Shown piece after piece: positions 61,273 to 64,000 of a DNA stretch of 64,000 nucleotides; position 1 is the stretch's first letter, and every line of letters begins with the position of its first letter. The DNA comes from Geopsychrobacteraceae bacterium. Lineage in GTDB: Bacteria; Desulfobacterota; Desulfuromonadia; Desulfuromonadales; Geopsychrobacteraceae. Both the position numbers and the translations under genes were made by a program. The stretch spans positions 224,001 to 288,000 of the forward strand of contig CAXXTB010000002.1 of assembly GCA_963676795.2 (NCBI GenBank), in the 5' to 3' direction. The notes beneath the pieces are model-generated. The model saw nothing but the letters and a program-made list of their open reading frames with translations, had not been told where the DNA came from and ran no database searches.

Positions 61273-61548
61273 ATGCGTATTGATATCGTTTGTAAGCCAG
61301 GTAATCCTGAAGGTTGTAGAGATACTATAGATAACGTTCGCTTGGCACTTGATAAGCTGGGTGTCGAAGCTGAGGTACATCAGTTTTCTGACAAGCGCAA
61401 GATGATTGATAACCGTATTTATGTCGTACCTGCGCTGATGATTGATGATCAGGTCCGGATTGCCGGGCGTGTTCCCGATGTCGACGAGATTGTCAACTTC
61501 CTGGTCGAACGTCCTCGTTACCTCAAAGGCGTGGCAGAAGTCGCATAA
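61273..61548 (+). CDS. Small thioredoxin-fold protein (MTH895-like) lacking canonical CxxC
   Basis: VPALMIDD, GRVP; cysteines in C-X7-C spacing; GGAGA RBS. Confidence 0.7.
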   Translation: MRIDIVCKPGNPEGCRDTIDNVRLALDKLGVEAEVHQFSDKRKMIDNRIYVVPALMIDDQVRIAGRVPDVDEIVNFLVERPRYLKGVAEVA

Positions 61549-61567
61549 TCAGTCAGTCCATCACCAG

Positions 61568-61608
61568 AAAGTAAAGGCTCCCGGTGTCACTCGGGAGCCT
61601 TTACTTTT
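61568..61608. terminator. Intrinsic terminator, possibly bidirectional
   Basis: AAAGTAAAGGCTCCCG / CGGGAGCCTTTACTTT. Confidence 0.85.
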
Positions 61609-61719
61609 ACATATCTATAAGCTACCCTTAATCTTGCAACGTTAAACCTGAATCAGTGAATGGTGCGCCGGGGCTTGCCGCCCGTCCACGGATCCAGGCA
61701 AATGTGAGGGAGCGATAAA

Positions 61720-63087
61720 ATGGCCAAAATTCTTCTGGTCGATGATGTCGATCTGTTTTTGGAACTGGAAAAGTCATATCTGGAAGGCTGTGGATATGAT
61801 CTGGTGACCGCGTCGTCCGGTGAAGAGGCTATCACGCGCCTTGAGAAGATCGCTCCCGATGTCCTGCTGATCGATTATTTCATGCCCGGAATCAATGGCG
61901 ACGAGGTCTGTCGGCGCCTGCGCGGCGATCCGCGCTGGAATCAACTGCCCATTCTGATGGTGACGGCTGCCGGGAAACCCGAAGAAGTTCAGAGTTGCCT
62001 CGATGCCGGTTGCGACGACTATATCACTAAACCGGTCAACAAGGTCGAGCTGCAGGAAAAGGTCAAAAGGCTGCTTGGCCAGGTCAGGCGCAGAACCTCT
62101 GAACGGGTTGCCGTCCGCCTGCCGATCCAGCTGCAGGACGGTGACACGGTTCAGGTGGCCGATGCTGTTGATATTTCCACCAACGGCATCCTGCTCAAAA
62201 CAAAATCCCCACTGGTTCTGAATTCGACGGTCGAACTGAAGCTGGAAGGTCCGGATGGCCAACCGCTGAGACTTTACGGCAAGATCAAACGGACAGCCGA
62301 ACGCTCTGAAGATGGTAGTGGTGTCTATTTTATCTATCCAGATCAGCAGAGCAAGCGCTTGGTCAGTGAGCTGGTCATGAGCAAGAAGGCCGATCAGATC
62401 GAAAAAAGGGATGTTGACGATCAGCTTAGCCGGCGGCTCTTATCGCTCGAAAAGGAATGTGAACGGCTTCGGGCGGAACAGGATGATGCCCTGCGCAGGA
62501 TCGGTGAGCTGGAACAGGAAAACCTTGATTTCGCCAACCAGCTTGTGCAGGTCGAAGAGGTCAATAACAACCTGACCAATCTTTACATCGCTTCGTCGCG
62601 TCTGCACTCGACCCTCGATCAATCGGAAACCCTTGAGATTATCAAAGAGGTTGTCATCAACTTCGTCGGGGCCGAGAAATTTGCCATCTTCCTCTACGAC
62701 AGTAGTGAGAAAGCGTTGCACTGCGAGACTGCGGAAGGGTTTGATGACGAGGACGATTTCGAAAAAATCCCGCTGGGCGAGGGGGTGATCGGTCAGGCGG
62801 CCGGACAGCGTGAGAACTACTTCAGCGAAGGGCAGGTCGGAACGGGGTCGGACGATATTTATGCGCCGATCGTCGCCATCCCGCTGATTATCCACGACAA
62901 GCTGATCGGGCTGCTGGCGGTTTACCGGCTGTTCATTCAGAAGGAACAGCTCGAGTCGATCGATTATCAGCTGTTTTCTATGCTCGGCGAACATGCTGCA
63001 ACGGCCCTGTTCTCATCGACCCTCTACAGTCGCTCGGAGCGCAAACGCCAGGCCTATCAGGGGGTGGTCGATCTGCTGCTGAAATAA
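61720..63087 (+). CDS. Response regulator: REC-PilZ-coiled coil-GAF
   Basis: LLVDD, LID..MP, TKP; RTSER and DISTNG; G.G.IG..A...IPL GAF pattern. Confidence 0.85.
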   Translation: MAKILLVDDVDLFLELEKSYLEGCGYDLVTASSGEEAITRLEKIAPDVLLIDYFMPGINGDEVCRRLRGDPRWNQLPILMVTAAGKPEEVQSCLDAGCDDYITKPVNKVELQEKVKRLLGQVRRRTSERVAVRLPIQLQDGDTVQVADAVDISTNGILLKTKSPLVLNSTVELKLEGPDGQPLRLYGKIKRTAERSEDGSGVYFIYPDQQSKRLVSELVMSKKADQIEKRDVDDQLSRRLLSLEKECERLRAEQDDALRRIGELEQENLDFANQLVQVEEVNNNLTNLYIASSRLHSTLDQSETLEIIKEVVINFVGAEKFAIFLYDSSEKALHCETAEGFDDEDDFEKIPLGEGVIGQAAGQRENYFSEGQVGTGSDDIYAPIVAIPLIIHDKLIGLLAVYRLFIQKEQLESIDYQLFSMLGEHAATALFSSTLYSRSERKRQAYQGVVDLLLK

Positions 63088-63097
63088 CCTGAAAAAC

Positions 63098-64000
63098 TCA
63101 AGGGGCGCAGATCAGCAGCCCCTGGGTGAAGGCAAAATCGACCATTTCTTTGGCACACGACTTATCCAGCTGTGCCGTCAGTTCATTCATCGTCCGTCCT
63201 TCCGGGCAATCCGCCTCTTTCAGCAGCCCCGCGAATTGGTCGTCCAGGGTCTCCATGACCAGCTCTCCCCCCTGTTGCAGGAATATTCCGTATCCCTCGT
63301 GGAGGGTCAGTTGTCGAACCCGCTTGTCGAGTCTGAAATCTGCAATTTCGGCCAGTTCCTCCAGATCATAATGAAAACGACAGAGTTGTACCTGCGGGCT
63401 GAGGATGTATCTCTGGTTCGGGTTTCTGCGCTGGGTACGTGAAATCTTGCCAGGCTGGCATTCTCCGGCCAGCAGAATCTCCGCGCAGCAGAAATTGAAG
63501 TGAATCAGATCCTCGATCAGCCTCTGGAGTTTGGGATTCCGCCTGTCATCACAGAGGTTGCGGCAGAATGCGATCTGCAGTGGCAGGATCTGCTCAGGTT
63601 GCCAGCTGTCCGCAGCGAGGATCTGCTCCCGGGGCATTTTCCTGATCTCTTTCAGCCAGAGATAGAAGCTGTCGAGCAGTTGGTGCGGTTTCAGATTCAG
63701 GGTGGTCGTCAGCTGCCTGAAAAAACCGACGGCGCGACCGCGATTGTAAAAGATGTCGGCTGCGGCTGCCAGGTTACGGCTGGCTTCGAAATCTGCCGTG
63801 GAGTAGCTGCGGTTTTCGGTCTGCAGATAGGGCGGCTGCTGGGTGCCGAAGATACCGAAGCTGTCCTGGTTGGCGTAGATTTCCGTGCCGGGCAGGATCG
63901 ACAGCGGAAAGATGTCGACCTGGTTCGGTTGCAGCTCCAGGGCAAAATCGATGCTGGTGCAAAAACCCTCATGATTGTCCCCCGGCAGACCGTAGATCAG
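63098..64000 (-). CDS. Radical SAM protein, C-terminal part (5'-truncated by window)
   Basis: Frame is open to the window end: LIYGLPGD...FPLSILPGTE, in frame with the 179-aa ORF in the track. Confidence 0.75.
   Translation of the reverse strand: MIYGLPGDNHEGFCTSIDFALELQPNQVDIFPLSILPGTEIYANQDSFGIFGTQQPPYLQTENRSYSTADFEASRNLAAAADIFYNRGRAVGFFRQLTTTLNLKPHQLLDSFYLWLKEIRKMPREQILAADSWQPEQILPLQIAFCRNLCDDRRNPKLQRLIEDLIHFNFCCAEILLAGECQPGKISRTQRRNPNQRYILSPQVQLCRFHYDLEELAEIADFRLDKRVRQLTLHEGYGIFLQQGGELVMETLDDQFAGLLKEADCPEGRTMNELTAQLDKSCAKEMVDFAFTQGLLICAP

Overview
Bacterial chromosomal segment whose gene content and order suggest a Desulfuromonadales/Desulfobacterota-type anaerobe (inference). 1-32.7 kb is a large flagellin O-glycosylation island in two convergent blocks. 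It has pseI, PseF/G-like and PseH-like fusions, four Maf/DUF115 paralogs, an FkbH + VOC-ACP acyl-loading module, FkbM and radical-SAM enzymes, UDP-xylose synthase, and a GmhA/CMP-transferase/SDR/AroB-like/SerA-like cluster. 33.1-40.7 kb carries fliC-flaG-fliD-fliS-fliT-like, PilZ, diguanylate cyclase, FliK-like and FlhB-C genes. The rest is core chromosome: tRNA-Ser, SRP RNA, dnaX-ybaB-recR, PFOR, AEC transporter, AlaA-like aminotransferase, glutamate-cysteine ligase, tkt, a sigma54 activator with hsp20-hsp20-clpB, a REC-PilZ-GAF regulator and a partial radical SAM gene. Best non-obvious signals read from the sequence: (1) three tandem putative sibling sRNA genes (52.17-53.05 kb) exposing anti-Shine-Dalgarno motifs, with a compensatory base-pair change; (2) an Ala-rich leader-peptide attenuator before the AlaA-like aminotransferase; (3) a full -1 frameshift cassette in dnaX; (4) two unusual glycan-building modules. 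No database searches were run, so novelty is unverified and all family calls come from recognising motifs by eye.
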